Assembly (NCBI GenBank): GCA_963783145.1
Contig: CAWAMM010000011.1
Span: forward strand, 271,436 to 335,435
Direction: 5' to 3'
DNA: 64,000 nt
Origin: an uncultured delta proteobacterium
Lineage (GTDB): Bacteria; Desulfobacterota; Binatia; Binatales; Binataceae
Shown: piece after piece, positions 55,272 to 64,000 of the stretch
Layout: every line of letters starts with the position of its first letter
Numbering within the stretch: the stretch's first letter is position 1
Notes under the pieces: model-generated
Databases searched by the model: none
The model's input: only the letters and a program-made list of their open reading frames with translations
Told to the model about the DNA's origin: nothing
Position numbers and translations under genes: made by a program

Positions 55272-55856
55272 CGCGTCGAGCTTTTTGATCATCCAGTCGA
55301 CGCGATCCTCGCCCCAAAACGGCTCACCCTCGACGACGAAAGTCGGAACCCCGAAAATCTGATCACCCGCAGCTTCCTCGAAGCATCGATCCAGTTCCGC
55401 GCGCGCATCGGTATCAACGTAGAGATGGAACTCCGATGGGTCGAGGCCTACTTCCTGTAGGACACCATCGATGGCGTCGGGCTTTTCGACGTCGAGCTCG
55501 TGTTTCCAGAAGCGCTCGAAGATGCGCTCGGAGTATAGCAAAAAGCGATCATGCTGTGCGGCGAACTGGCCGCCATAGAAGGCGAGCCGGCAGGAGAAAA
55601 TCTTCTTCGGCGGATAAATGACGAGGCCGCGCTCCTTCGCGATGCGCCGCGCATCGAGGTAGAGGTAGCGGACCTTGCGCCGCTCGACCGCGGGATCATT
55701 GAGGTTGCCGTAGGTCTTGTAGATGTTCACGCCGTAGGGGATGAAACGCACCTTAACACGATGCGTGCGCTCGAGGTCGCGCGCCGGCGCCCACGCCAGA
55801 TAGGTGAACGGGCTGGTGTACGCGAAGTAGAATTTGATTTCGAGGTCGTGGTCCAT
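55254..55856 (-). CDS. DsbA-fold HCCA isomerase / kappa-GST family
   Basis: YTSPFTYL, IFGVPTFVV..EPFWGEDR. Confidence 0.88.
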   Translation of the reverse strand: MDHDLEIKFYFAYTSPFTYLAWAPARDLERTHRVKVRFIPYGVNIYKTYGNLNDPAVERRKVRYLYLDARRIAKERGLVIYPPKKIFSCRLAFYGGQFAAQHDRFLLYSERIFERFWKHELDVEKPDAIDGVLQEVGLDPSEFHLYVDTDARAELDRCFEEAAGDQIFGVPTFVVEGEPFWGEDRVDWMIKKLDALGLRR

Positions 55857-55857
55857 T

Positions 55858-57138
55858 TCAATAATCGTCCGGCAGCGCGAGCGCGAGAAAATCGGCGAGG
55901 TGAATCACCCTGATGCCAGCGCCGCGCCGCCGCAGTTCCGCGGCAATCTGAAATTCGCATCCCGGATTCGAAAGCACGACATAATCGGCGCCGGTCGCGA
56001 TGATGTTGTCGGCCTTCCGTTTCGCCAGCGCCCGCGCCATTTCCGGCTCGGTGAGATTGTAGCTCCCCGCGGAGCCGCAGCAGAGATCCGATTCCGCGAG
56101 ATCGATCAGGCGCACACCCGGAATCGATCGCAGCAACTTGCGCGGATTGTCGCGCACGCCGAGGCCGTGCACCAGATGGCACGCATCGTGGTACGTGACG
56201 GTGCATTCGAGCTTGCGAAATTGCGGCATCCGCTCTAGGAGCAGCGCGCTGAGGTCCCGCACTTTCGATTGCACCTCGCGCGCATCATCCGCCGCCGGAT
56301 CCTTTTTCAGGATCGCGGCGTATTCGGCCATCGCCGTCGAGCATCCCGAGGCCGCCGAAACGATCGCATCGGGTGCGAGCATTTTGAACGCGCGAACATT
56401 GCTGCGTGCGAATTCGATCGCGCGCGCGTCATTGCCGGCGTGCAGATCGAGCGCGCCGCAGCATACCGTCGCGGGCAGCTTGAGCACTCGATACCCCGCC
56501 GCGGCGAGCAGTCTTTCGCTGTTGCGATTTTCCGAATCCGCGAGCACCTGCGCGACGCATCCATGATGGACGACCACGCGCGGCGCATCGGGCGCGGCAT
56601 GAGTCTCGGCGTGAACCAGAGGCGGCTGAGCGCGGCGCACCAGCGATGGAAGCAGTTCGACCCACTCCCGCAGTGCTTTGGGGAGGATCGCTTCGATTGA
56701 ACTGCGCAGATGAAAGCGCTCCGCGAGCGCGAGCGGCGCGAGCATCGCGCGCAAACGATTCGGATACGGGAAGACCGCGCTGATGAGCGCGCGTTTCGCC
56801 CGATCCAGCGGTCCCCGCTGATGATGATGCTCGACATACGCGCGCGCGTCCTCGATCAGGCGCCCGTAGTGGACGCCCGAGGGGCACGCGGTTTCGCATC
56901 CGCGACAGCCGAGGCACAAATCGAGGTGGCGGGCCGCGTCGTTGTCGAGTTCGAGGTGGCCTTCGGCGAGCGACTTCATCAGATAAATGCGGCCGCGCGG
57001 CGAATCCATCTCGGCGCGCGTGATGATGTAGGTCGGGCACGCCTCGAGGCAGAGCCCGCAATGAACGCAGTCGAACAGCAACTCGTAGTCAACCACGTCG
57101 CGAACGGGTTGGGTGGGACCGGCGGCAAGCTCGGGCAT
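55858..57138 (-). CDS. glcF: Glycolate oxidase Fe-S subunit
   Basis: CVHCGLCLEACPT, CLGCRGCETACP, two CCG domains; start ATG 57138. Confidence 0.93.
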   Translation of the reverse strand: MPELAAGPTQPVRDVVDYELLFDCVHCGLCLEACPTYIITRAEMDSPRGRIYLMKSLAEGHLELDNDAARHLDLCLGCRGCETACPSGVHYGRLIEDARAYVEHHHQRGPLDRAKRALISAVFPYPNRLRAMLAPLALAERFHLRSSIEAILPKALREWVELLPSLVRRAQPPLVHAETHAAPDAPRVVVHHGCVAQVLADSENRNSERLLAAAGYRVLKLPATVCCGALDLHAGNDARAIEFARSNVRAFKMLAPDAIVSAASGCSTAMAEYAAILKKDPAADDAREVQSKVRDLSALLLERMPQFRKLECTVTYHDACHLVHGLGVRDNPRKLLRSIPGVRLIDLAESDLCCGSAGSYNLTEPEMARALAKRKADNIIATGADYVVLSNPGCEFQIAAELRRRGAGIRVIHLADFLALALPDDY

Positions 57139-58331
57139 CAGAGCGCTCCCACGAAGCATCCGGGATTGAAGATGTTCGCCGGATCGAAAGTGCCCTTCAG
57201 CCGCTTCATCAGCTTGAATACGCCGGGATTCGGACGATCGAAGAATTCGATCTGCGGCCGAATCGACGCGGGCGCCGATATGACCTGCACATAACCGCGC
57301 GCGGAATGCGCGAGCGCGCGCCATTGCGCGATGCGCTGAGGATCCGCGGCTTGCGACCAGAGCTCCGCGATTCCGGAACCGACATGCGCGACGTACTCGG
57401 CCGCCGACTCGCGAGCGCATCGCGCGAGCTGGTTCGGCAGCATCGAGATACGTGCCGCGATCGCGCTGTCGCCGAAGCTGAGGTCGCGCAGCGCGGAGTA
57501 GAGTTCGACGGCATGTTGTCCTTCGAGGAGTTCGAGGTCCGGCCCCAGGGCATTCGCAACCCGCTCGCCGAGGTAGTTGAGCTCGCTGTGAATGCCGCCG
57601 AAACCCGCCAGCACCAGGAAGCGAACCGACGCGCCGATCGCGGCGCTGGCCGCGCGGCTGGCCACTTCGAGATGAATTAACGGACCCTGATCATGAAGTG
57701 TCGAGGCGGCGGCAAAGGCCGCGTCCGCATCAGGAAAGGCGGCCACCGCGAGTGTGTAGTTTTCCGGGATCGGTCGCACCTTGAAGGTCGCCTCGGTCAC
57801 GATGCCGAGGGTGCCGAACGAACCGGTCATCACCTTCATCAGATCGTAGCCGGCGACATTCTTGACCACGCGGCCGCCGGCGCGAACGATGCGCCCGCCA
57901 TGACCGACGTACTGGATGCCGATGAGAAGATCGCGCGCGGTTCCTTCGGAAAGTCGCAGCGGACCCGCATGCGAGGCTGCGATCAGCGAGCCCAGTGTCG
58001 TCGCGTTCGGGTCGCGAGGATCGACCGGCAAGCGCTGACCGCGTTCCGCGAGTGTCGCATTCATCTCGCCGATGGTGACTCCCGCCTGCGCGACCACCGT
58101 CATGTCCTCGGGTTCGTACGCGACGATGTTGGCCATACGCCGCAAGGAGATTCCGATTTGCACCGGCGCGCGCCTGATCAGGGTGAGCGTCCGCGCGGCG
58201 CCGAGTGGCGCGACTGAGATCTTGTTCGCCTCGCACTTGCGCACGAGGTCCGCGATCTCCTCGATGCTTTGGGGCTCGACGATCGTTTCAAAAGCGCCGG
58301 TCGCACCTTGCTCTTCGAACACCGTGCTCAC
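57138..58331 (-). CDS. glcE: Glycolate oxidase FAD subunit
   Basis: GGRVVKNVAGYDL, GSFGTLG, FDPANIFNPG; GTG overlaps glcD stop. Confidence 0.92.
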   Translation of the reverse strand: MSTVFEEQGATGAFETIVEPQSIEEIADLVRKCEANKISVAPLGAARTLTLIRRAPVQIGISLRRMANIVAYEPEDMTVVAQAGVTIGEMNATLAERGQRLPVDPRDPNATTLGSLIAASHAGPLRLSEGTARDLLIGIQYVGHGGRIVRAGGRVVKNVAGYDLMKVMTGSFGTLGIVTEATFKVRPIPENYTLAVAAFPDADAAFAAASTLHDQGPLIHLEVASRAASAAIGASVRFLVLAGFGGIHSELNYLGERVANALGPDLELLEGQHAVELYSALRDLSFGDSAIAARISMLPNQLARCARESAAEYVAHVGSGIAELWSQAADPQRIAQWRALAHSARGYVQVISAPASIRPQIEFFDRPNPGVFKLMKRLKGTFDPANIFNPGCFVGAL

Positions 58332-59788
58332 AGCGGGACTTGCCTTCGAGGCGAAGTAACTTCGACGCATCCGCCGGGGGTGGGAATGACTTTGCCGGGA
58401 TTCGAGCGCCCGTCAGGATCGAAGACGCGGCGCAGCTCCGCCATCGCGATCAAATCGTCGGGCGAGAACAGCAACGGCATTTCGCCCATCTTCTCGACCC
58501 CGATGCCATGCTCGCCGGTCAGACTGCCGCCCAGCTCGACGCATGCGGTCAGGATTTCGCGGCCCGCTTCGATCGCATGCTGCACCTGGCCCGCGATGCG
58601 CTCATCATAGAGCACGATCGGATGGATGTTGCCGTCGCCGGCGTGAAAGACGTTTCCGATCGCGAGGCCGTGGCGCTCAGCGACCGCGTGGATGACGCGC
58701 AGAATGTCCGGCAGGCGCGTGCGCGGCACCACGCCGTCCTGGGTGGCGTAGTTGGGCGCGAGCCTGCCGACGGCTCCGAAAGCCCGTTTGCGCGCTTTCC
58801 ACAGCAGCGCGCGCTCGGCCTCATCGCGCGCGAGCTTCGCTTCGGTCACGCCGCACGCGCGCATCAATTCGATCGCGGCCGCGGCGCGCTCATCGAGGCC
58901 GACTTCGAGGCCATCAAGTTCTACAATCAGTACGGCGCCCGCATCGGGCGAAAATCCGACATGAAATGCCGCCTCGACCGCCTTGAGGATCAGCCGATCC
59001 ATCATCTCGATGGCGCCCGGAATCATTCCCGAGGCGATGATTTTCGAGACCGCCGCGGTCGCGTTTTCCACATCCGCGAAGGTCGCGAGAATCGTGCGAT
59101 GGCCCTCGGGCTCGCGCATCAGCCGCAGCGTTGCCGCCGTAACCATCCCGCAGGTGCCTTCCGAGCCGACCACCGCGCCCACCAGGTCGTAGCCGCATCG
59201 CTCATCGACCGGGCCCCCGAGCGCGACGACTTCGCCATCGGGCAGTACGACTTCGAGGCCGAGGACGTGATTGGTAGTGACGCCGTATTTCAATGTATGC
59301 GGGCCGCCGGAATTTTCCGCGACGTTGCCGCCGATGGTGCATGCCTGCTGTGACGAAGGATCCGGTGGATAGAAATATTTATTCGCCTTGACCGCGTTGG
59401 TCACATGCAGATTGACCACGCCGCTTTGCACCTCGACGCGGCGATTGGCGAGGTCAATCGCCAGGATGCGATTCATCTTCGAGGTGCAGATCATCACCGG
59501 CGCCAGCGGCAGCGCACCGCCCGAGAGCCCGGTGCCCGCGCCGCGAGGAACGAACGGAATCCCGCGCCGATAGAGCGCGCGCAGCACCGCGCTAACCTCG
59601 GCGGTCGAATGCGGCATGACGAGCAGATCGGGCGCGCTTTTCTCCATGGTCCAGCCGTCGCATTCGTAAACCTTTAGCTCGCTGGTGCGCGATACGATCG
59701 CGTCGTTGCCGACGATCGCGCGCAGCTCGCCCGCCAGGTTTTCACCGATCGCGATGCGCCCTGATGATCCGTTTCCATTCACGGCCAC
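58328..59788 (-). CDS. glcD: Glycolate oxidase subunit
   Basis: RGAGTGLSGG, PDPSS, HAGDGNIHP, GEHGIG. Confidence 0.94.
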   Translation of the reverse strand: MAVNGNGSSGRIAIGENLAGELRAIVGNDAIVSRTSELKVYECDGWTMEKSAPDLLVMPHSTAEVSAVLRALYRRGIPFVPRGAGTGLSGGALPLAPVMICTSKMNRILAIDLANRRVEVQSGVVNLHVTNAVKANKYFYPPDPSSQQACTIGGNVAENSGGPHTLKYGVTTNHVLGLEVVLPDGEVVALGGPVDERCGYDLVGAVVGSEGTCGMVTAATLRLMREPEGHRTILATFADVENATAAVSKIIASGMIPGAIEMMDRLILKAVEAAFHVGFSPDAGAVLIVELDGLEVGLDERAAAAIELMRACGVTEAKLARDEAERALLWKARKRAFGAVGRLAPNYATQDGVVPRTRLPDILRVIHAVAERHGLAIGNVFHAGDGNIHPIVLYDERIAGQVQHAIEAGREILTACVELGGSLTGEHGIGVEKMGEMPLLFSPDDLIAMAELRRVFDPDGRSNPGKVIPTPGGCVEVTSPRRQVPL

Positions 59789-59913
59789 GACATTAGCATG
59801 TTCCCCGATTCCCTCAGGTAGCGCGGCAGGTAGGTTTTCTGCGGGCGTTTTAAAGCGGCTGCGATGGTGACTAATATGGTTGGCTCGATTTCGAAACCGA
59901 AAGAGGTTCTACG

Positions 59914-61131
59914 TTGGCAACTTCGGCAAACTCGTTTCCTGAATTGCGGCCATCCAATCGCTTCCTGCTCGGACCCGGCCCCAGCAATGTGCATCCGCGC
60001 GTGATGAAGGCGATGCTCTCGCCGGTGCTGGGGCATCTCGATCCGGATTTCGTCGGCATCATGGAAGATATCAAGAAGATGCTGCGGCTGGTGTTCCGCA
60101 CCTCCAACGAGATCACGTTTCCGGTGTCGGGCACCGGCTCGGCGGGGATGGAATGCGTGATGGCGAACCTCATCGAGGAGGGCGACGAGGTGGTGGTCGG
60201 CGTCAACGGCGCGTTCGGCGGCCGCCTCGCCGAGGTCGCGCATCGGATGGGCGCCAAGGTGCACAAGGTCGAGGCCGAATGGGGCCGTATCGTCGAGCCC
60301 GACCAAATCGCGCAAGCGCTATCGAAAATCCACCGGCCCAAGCTGGTCGCGATCGTTCACTCGGAGACTTCGACCGGGATTCATCAGCCGCTCGATGAGA
60401 TCGCGAAGATGACCCATCGCAGCGGCGCGTTGCTGGTGATCGATGGTGTCACCTCGCTCGGATGCGTGCCGCTCGAAATCGATCAATGGGGCATCGACGC
60501 GTGCTACAGCTGCACCCAGAAGGGCCTCGGCGCGCCGCCGGGACTCGCGCCGGTAACATTCAGTCCGCGCGCGATGGAGGCGATCCGAAATCGCAAGCAC
60601 AAGTGCCGCTCATGGTATCTCGACGTCGGCCTCATCGAGCAGTATTGGGGTCCCGACCGCCTCTACCATCACACCGCGCCGATCACGATGAACTACGCGA
60701 TCTACGAGGCGTTGCGCATCGTGCTCGAAGAGGGCCTCGAGGCGCGCTTTGCACGGCACCTCGCCAATGCGTCCGCGCTGGTGGCGGGCCTCAAGGGGAT
60801 GGGCATCGCGCTGGCCGCGCAGGAGGGCCATCGCTTGCCGCAACTCACCGCGCTCACGATTCCCGACGGCATCAAGGACGCGAAGGTGCGCGAGCGGCTG
60901 CTGAAGCTGTTCAATATCGAGATCGGCGCAGGCCTCGGTCCGTTCAAGGGCAAAATGTGGCGCATCGGTTTGATGGGCGAGGGCTCGCGGCGCGAGCACG
61001 TGATGCTGGTGCTCAACGCGCTCGAAGAAATCCTCGGCTCGATGGGGATGGAACTGTCGCGCGGGCGCGCGCTATCGGCAGCCGACCAAGCCTACGAATC
61101 GATGGGGCTGGGTGCAGGCGAGCCGCGCTAA
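59914..61131 (+). CDS. Alanine/serine-glyoxylate aminotransferase (class V PLP)
   Basis: LLGPGPSN, HSETSTG, SCTQKGLGAPPG, YHHTAP. Confidence 0.93.
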   Translation: MATSANSFPELRPSNRFLLGPGPSNVHPRVMKAMLSPVLGHLDPDFVGIMEDIKKMLRLVFRTSNEITFPVSGTGSAGMECVMANLIEEGDEVVVGVNGAFGGRLAEVAHRMGAKVHKVEAEWGRIVEPDQIAQALSKIHRPKLVAIVHSETSTGIHQPLDEIAKMTHRSGALLVIDGVTSLGCVPLEIDQWGIDACYSCTQKGLGAPPGLAPVTFSPRAMEAIRNRKHKCRSWYLDVGLIEQYWGPDRLYHHTAPITMNYAIYEALRIVLEEGLEARFARHLANASALVAGLKGMGIALAAQEGHRLPQLTALTIPDGIKDAKVRERLLKLFNIEIGAGLGPFKGKMWRIGLMGEGSRREHVMLVLNALEEILGSMGMELSRGRALSAADQAYESMGLGAGEPR

Positions 61132-61345
61132 GTTTTACTCCCTTGAATCGCAAACGGCGGCTAGGATAGAAGCGTCGAGCCTGGAGCGATCTACACCCGA
61201 AGGTTCGCTCGGTAATAATTTTATACAAATAGTAGCAGATATTACGCCTTAAAACTTGTGATGGCGCAGCAGAGTTGCTAATAGCCTTACAAGATAGGTT
61301 CGCGCGTCGTTCGAAGTTTTCAGTCTCGGTGGGAGTTTAGTCAGG

Positions 61346-63109
61346 GTGAAAAGGGGACCTCAGGATTCGATCGAGCAACAGTTTGCCATGGTGTATCCAT
61401 CCACGGGCGAGAAACCTTCCAGCACCGACCAACCTCGCACCCCGAGCCGGCGCGCCTTCCTCAAGGGAGTCGGCGCTGCGACTATCGCCGGCGCGGCAAC
61501 CGCGGTCACGGCCGCGGCCAACGGCGCGATGCCCGATGTCATTTCCGATCTGCATAGCTCGAAACTGAACATCAATGCCCGCCGCTCCAAAGCCTACCAA
61601 AATCGGCTCAAGGCGGCCGCGCAGGATCGCAAGCCCAGGACCGCGGCTTCCACCAACAACGGCGACGAGGCGAAGTATCCCAACGGCATCGCGAATTTCA
61701 CCAAAGGCTTCGCGCACGACGAGATGGGCATCGTGCTGCCGGCGCCCTATACCGCCTACCAGGCCGCGATCCGCAGCGGCAAGCGGCAGGATTTCGACAG
61801 CCTCATTATGGGCGGGACCATCCCGCTGGTCGATCCGCAGTCGGGACTCGCGTTCGACCTCGAGACCTGCGACCCCTCGCAGAATTTGATTCCTCCGTTT
61901 GATACGCTGTCCACTCCCGGTTTTGCCGCGCAGATGATCGAAACCTACTGGCTGGCACTGACGCGCGATGTGGCGTTCTCGCAGTGGGGGTCGGACTCCA
62001 GCATCGCGGCTGCGTGCACGGAATTGTCCGGGTTGGGATCGGCGTACTCGGGTCCGACTACCGGCGGCAAAGTAACCCCGCAGAATATATTCCGCGCCGG
62101 ATTCAACAATGATGGGGCCGGACCCTATGTCTCGCAGTTTTTCATCCAGCCGTTCACCCTGGGCGTGATGCCGTTCGTCGGTTATCAGACCACGCTGCCG
62201 GGCGATTTCGGCACCGATGCCACCTCCTGGCTGAACATCCAGAAGGGCGCTCCGAGTCCGCTCGCTTCGGAAAATCCCGATCCGAATCTGAAGTATCTCG
62301 GGACCGGGCGCGACCTCGCCGAGTACGTGCACAACGATGTGCTCTACCAGGAATATCTCAACGCGGCGTTGATGCTGGCGAACATGCGCGCGCCGCTGAA
62401 TTCGGGCAATCCTTACGGCAATCCCAACCTCAAATCGGAAACCGGATTCATCACGTTCGGGCTGCCGATGGTGCAGGTGCTGGTGGCCGAGGTCATCGCG
62501 CGCGCGATCAAGAACGCATGGTTTCAAAAATGGTTCGTGCATCGCACGGCGCGTCCGGAGGAAACCGCGGGATTGGTTCACTACACCATCACCGCGCAGC
62601 AGAATTATCACCTCGACAGCAGCGTGCTCAACTCGCAAGCTGCGGCGACCGTGTTCAATCGCAACAAGGACACCAACAACGGCATCGGCACCTATTTCAT
62701 CCCGCTCTCGTATCCCGAGGGCTGCCCGCTGCATCCGTCGTATCCCTCGGGCCATGCGACTGCGGGTGGCGCGGCGGCGACGATTCTCAAATGGTTCTTC
62801 AATGACAGCACGCCGATTGCCTCGCTGACCACACCGTTGACCACCGCGGATGACGGTTCGGCGCCGGTTCCCTATACAGGCGCCGATGCGGGTCAGATGA
62901 CGGTGGGTGGCGAAATCAACAAGCTGGCGGCGAATGTGGGCTTCGGGCGCGTGTTCTCCGGCATCCACTGGCGCCAGGATATCGTGCAGGGGATGTTGCT
63001 GGGGGAAAAGATTGCGATCAACTTGTTGCAGGATCAGGCACATCTATACAACGAGAACTACACCGGCTTCAGCTTCACCAAATTCGACGGCACCAAAGTA
63101 ACGGTCTGA
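61346..63109 (+). CDS. Vanadium-dependent haloperoxidase (bromoperoxidase type), Tat-exported; start may be ATG 61388
   Basis: SRRAFLK Tat motif; QKWFVHRTARPE, YPEGCPLHPSYPSGHA, GRVFSGIHWRQD. Confidence 0.9.
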   Translation: MKRGPQDSIEQQFAMVYPSTGEKPSSTDQPRTPSRRAFLKGVGAATIAGAATAVTAAANGAMPDVISDLHSSKLNINARRSKAYQNRLKAAAQDRKPRTAASTNNGDEAKYPNGIANFTKGFAHDEMGIVLPAPYTAYQAAIRSGKRQDFDSLIMGGTIPLVDPQSGLAFDLETCDPSQNLIPPFDTLSTPGFAAQMIETYWLALTRDVAFSQWGSDSSIAAACTELSGLGSAYSGPTTGGKVTPQNIFRAGFNNDGAGPYVSQFFIQPFTLGVMPFVGYQTTLPGDFGTDATSWLNIQKGAPSPLASENPDPNLKYLGTGRDLAEYVHNDVLYQEYLNAALMLANMRAPLNSGNPYGNPNLKSETGFITFGLPMVQVLVAEVIARAIKNAWFQKWFVHRTARPEETAGLVHYTITAQQNYHLDSSVLNSQAAATVFNRNKDTNNGIGTYFIPLSYPEGCPLHPSYPSGHATAGGAAATILKWFFNDSTPIASLTTPLTTADDGSAPVPYTGADAGQMTVGGEINKLAANVGFGRVFSGIHWRQDIVQGMLLGEKIAINLLQDQAHLYNENYTGFSFTKFDGTKVTV

Positions 63110-63185
63110 TAGGTCTCCTCTTGTAACGATTGATCCAGCAGATACGGTTCTATGCCTTATGGATCCCACGAACCGACAGAATCCT

Positions 63186-63515
63186 TCATGCCGTGGTGAC
63201 GAGATGGCCCTTCTTCGCTTTGGCGTTGAATGGGCGGACGCGAATTTCCACGGTGCGGCCGAGCGCCGTAAGCCATGCCGTGAGCCGATCGATGGTGACG
63301 CTTTCCATGCGTCCGCGCAGCACCTTGGACAAGGTGGGTTGATCCGTGCCGCACCGCCGGGCCGCTTCCTGCTGGGTCAGCTTGCGCCGTTTGATGGTTT
63401 CGCCGATCGCGCTGATAAGCGTGCTTTTCGCTGTCAGTTCGGCCGCTTCGGCGGGGGTGAAGCCGATGTCGCGGTAGACATTCCCGCTACTCTTAAACAC
63501 TGGAATCTCAGCCAT
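63186..63515 (-). CDS. HigA-like XRE HTH antitoxin
   Basis: SSGNVYRDIG, LTQQEAA...DQPTLSK. Confidence 0.88.
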   Translation of the reverse strand: MAEIPVFKSSGNVYRDIGFTPAEAAELTAKSTLISAIGETIKRRKLTQQEAARRCGTDQPTLSKVLRGRMESVTIDRLTAWLTALGRTVEIRVRPFNAKAKKGHLVTTA

Positions 63516-63520
63516 TTTTC

Positions 63521-63880
63521 TCAGCCTCCGGCATCCGTTGCATAAGCACGCTTCAAGCGTGCCTCGATTAATTCTGCGTCTGGTTTCGGGAGTTCGATCC
63601 CGAACTTCGATTTCTTTATGAATGCGTGCAATACGTAAATTGCCTTTCGCAGTTTGACGACGTACACGAGCCGATCGGCATCTTTTTCAAACCGTTCACG
63701 TAGTTCGAAAACGCCGCTCCCAAATCTGGCAAGCGGTTTGAAGTCGAGCGGGGTCTCGCCATTCTGCACCTGGCGCAGCCGGTGGCCAAAGGATGCTTTT
63801 ACGGGTCCGGGGAGGGCCGATAGGTCGTCTTTGCTACTACCGATCCAAACAATGGTGCGGATGCTGCCTTTCCCGTCCGC
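63521..63880 (-). pseudogene. RelE/HigB (Gp49-like) toxin lacking a canonical in-frame start
   Basis: Frame continues upstream of GTG 63769 as IRTIVWIGSSKDDLSALP...; VLHAFIKKS motif; no in-frame ATG/GTG/TTG before stop at 63899-63901. Confidence 0.6.
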
Positions 63881-63904
63881 GCAAAATCTCCACCGCAGCT
63901 AGAA

Positions 63905-63930
63905 CGAATATGGCATTGCTACCATATTCG
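63905..63930. promoter_or_regulatory. Probable TA operator
   Basis: Perfect inverted repeat CGAATATGG-N8-CCATATTCG upstream of the toxin. Confidence 0.7.
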
Positions 63931-64000
63931 ATCAATCAGAACGAAGCGGTGGAGTTGCTTCACGAATCGTCTGAGTATTTTCCGCTCGGGGCGATGCTCC

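Noticed and set aside
61337-63043. 568-aa minus-strand ORF
   Set aside because: Antisense shadow of the haloperoxidase gene

Overview
GC-rich bacterial chromosome window. Gene content and protein style suggest Desulfobacterota/Candidatus Binatia (inference; no search was run). Positions 0.6-12 kb are a minus-strand housekeeping block (rluD, rho, rpsB-tsf-pyrH-frr-uppS-cdsA-rseP-tsaB-DUF465-ilvN-ilvC) that lacks the usual dxr and ilvB. The rest is accessory or metabolic. It holds four type II toxin-antitoxin modules (vapBC, hicBA, xre-RES, higBA-like), a TPR O-GlcNAc-transferase plus methyltransferase pair, an atypical ClC, a STAND-type ATPase regulator next to a secreted cupredoxin, and two TetR loci with visible operators. 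It also holds lrp-gltBD-gst, glcDEF divergent from an alanine-glyoxylate aminotransferase, and a Tat-exported vanadium bromoperoxidase-like enzyme. The best candidate for an undescribed system is an operon preceded by a sigma-54 promoter: APC permease - PP2C phosphatase - membrane Ser/Thr kinase - ammonium transporter (38.5-43.7 kb). Here Amt lacks its usual glnK partner and is instead translationally coupled to a Hanks-type kinase. No rRNA, tRNA, CRISPR array, integrase or transposase was seen.
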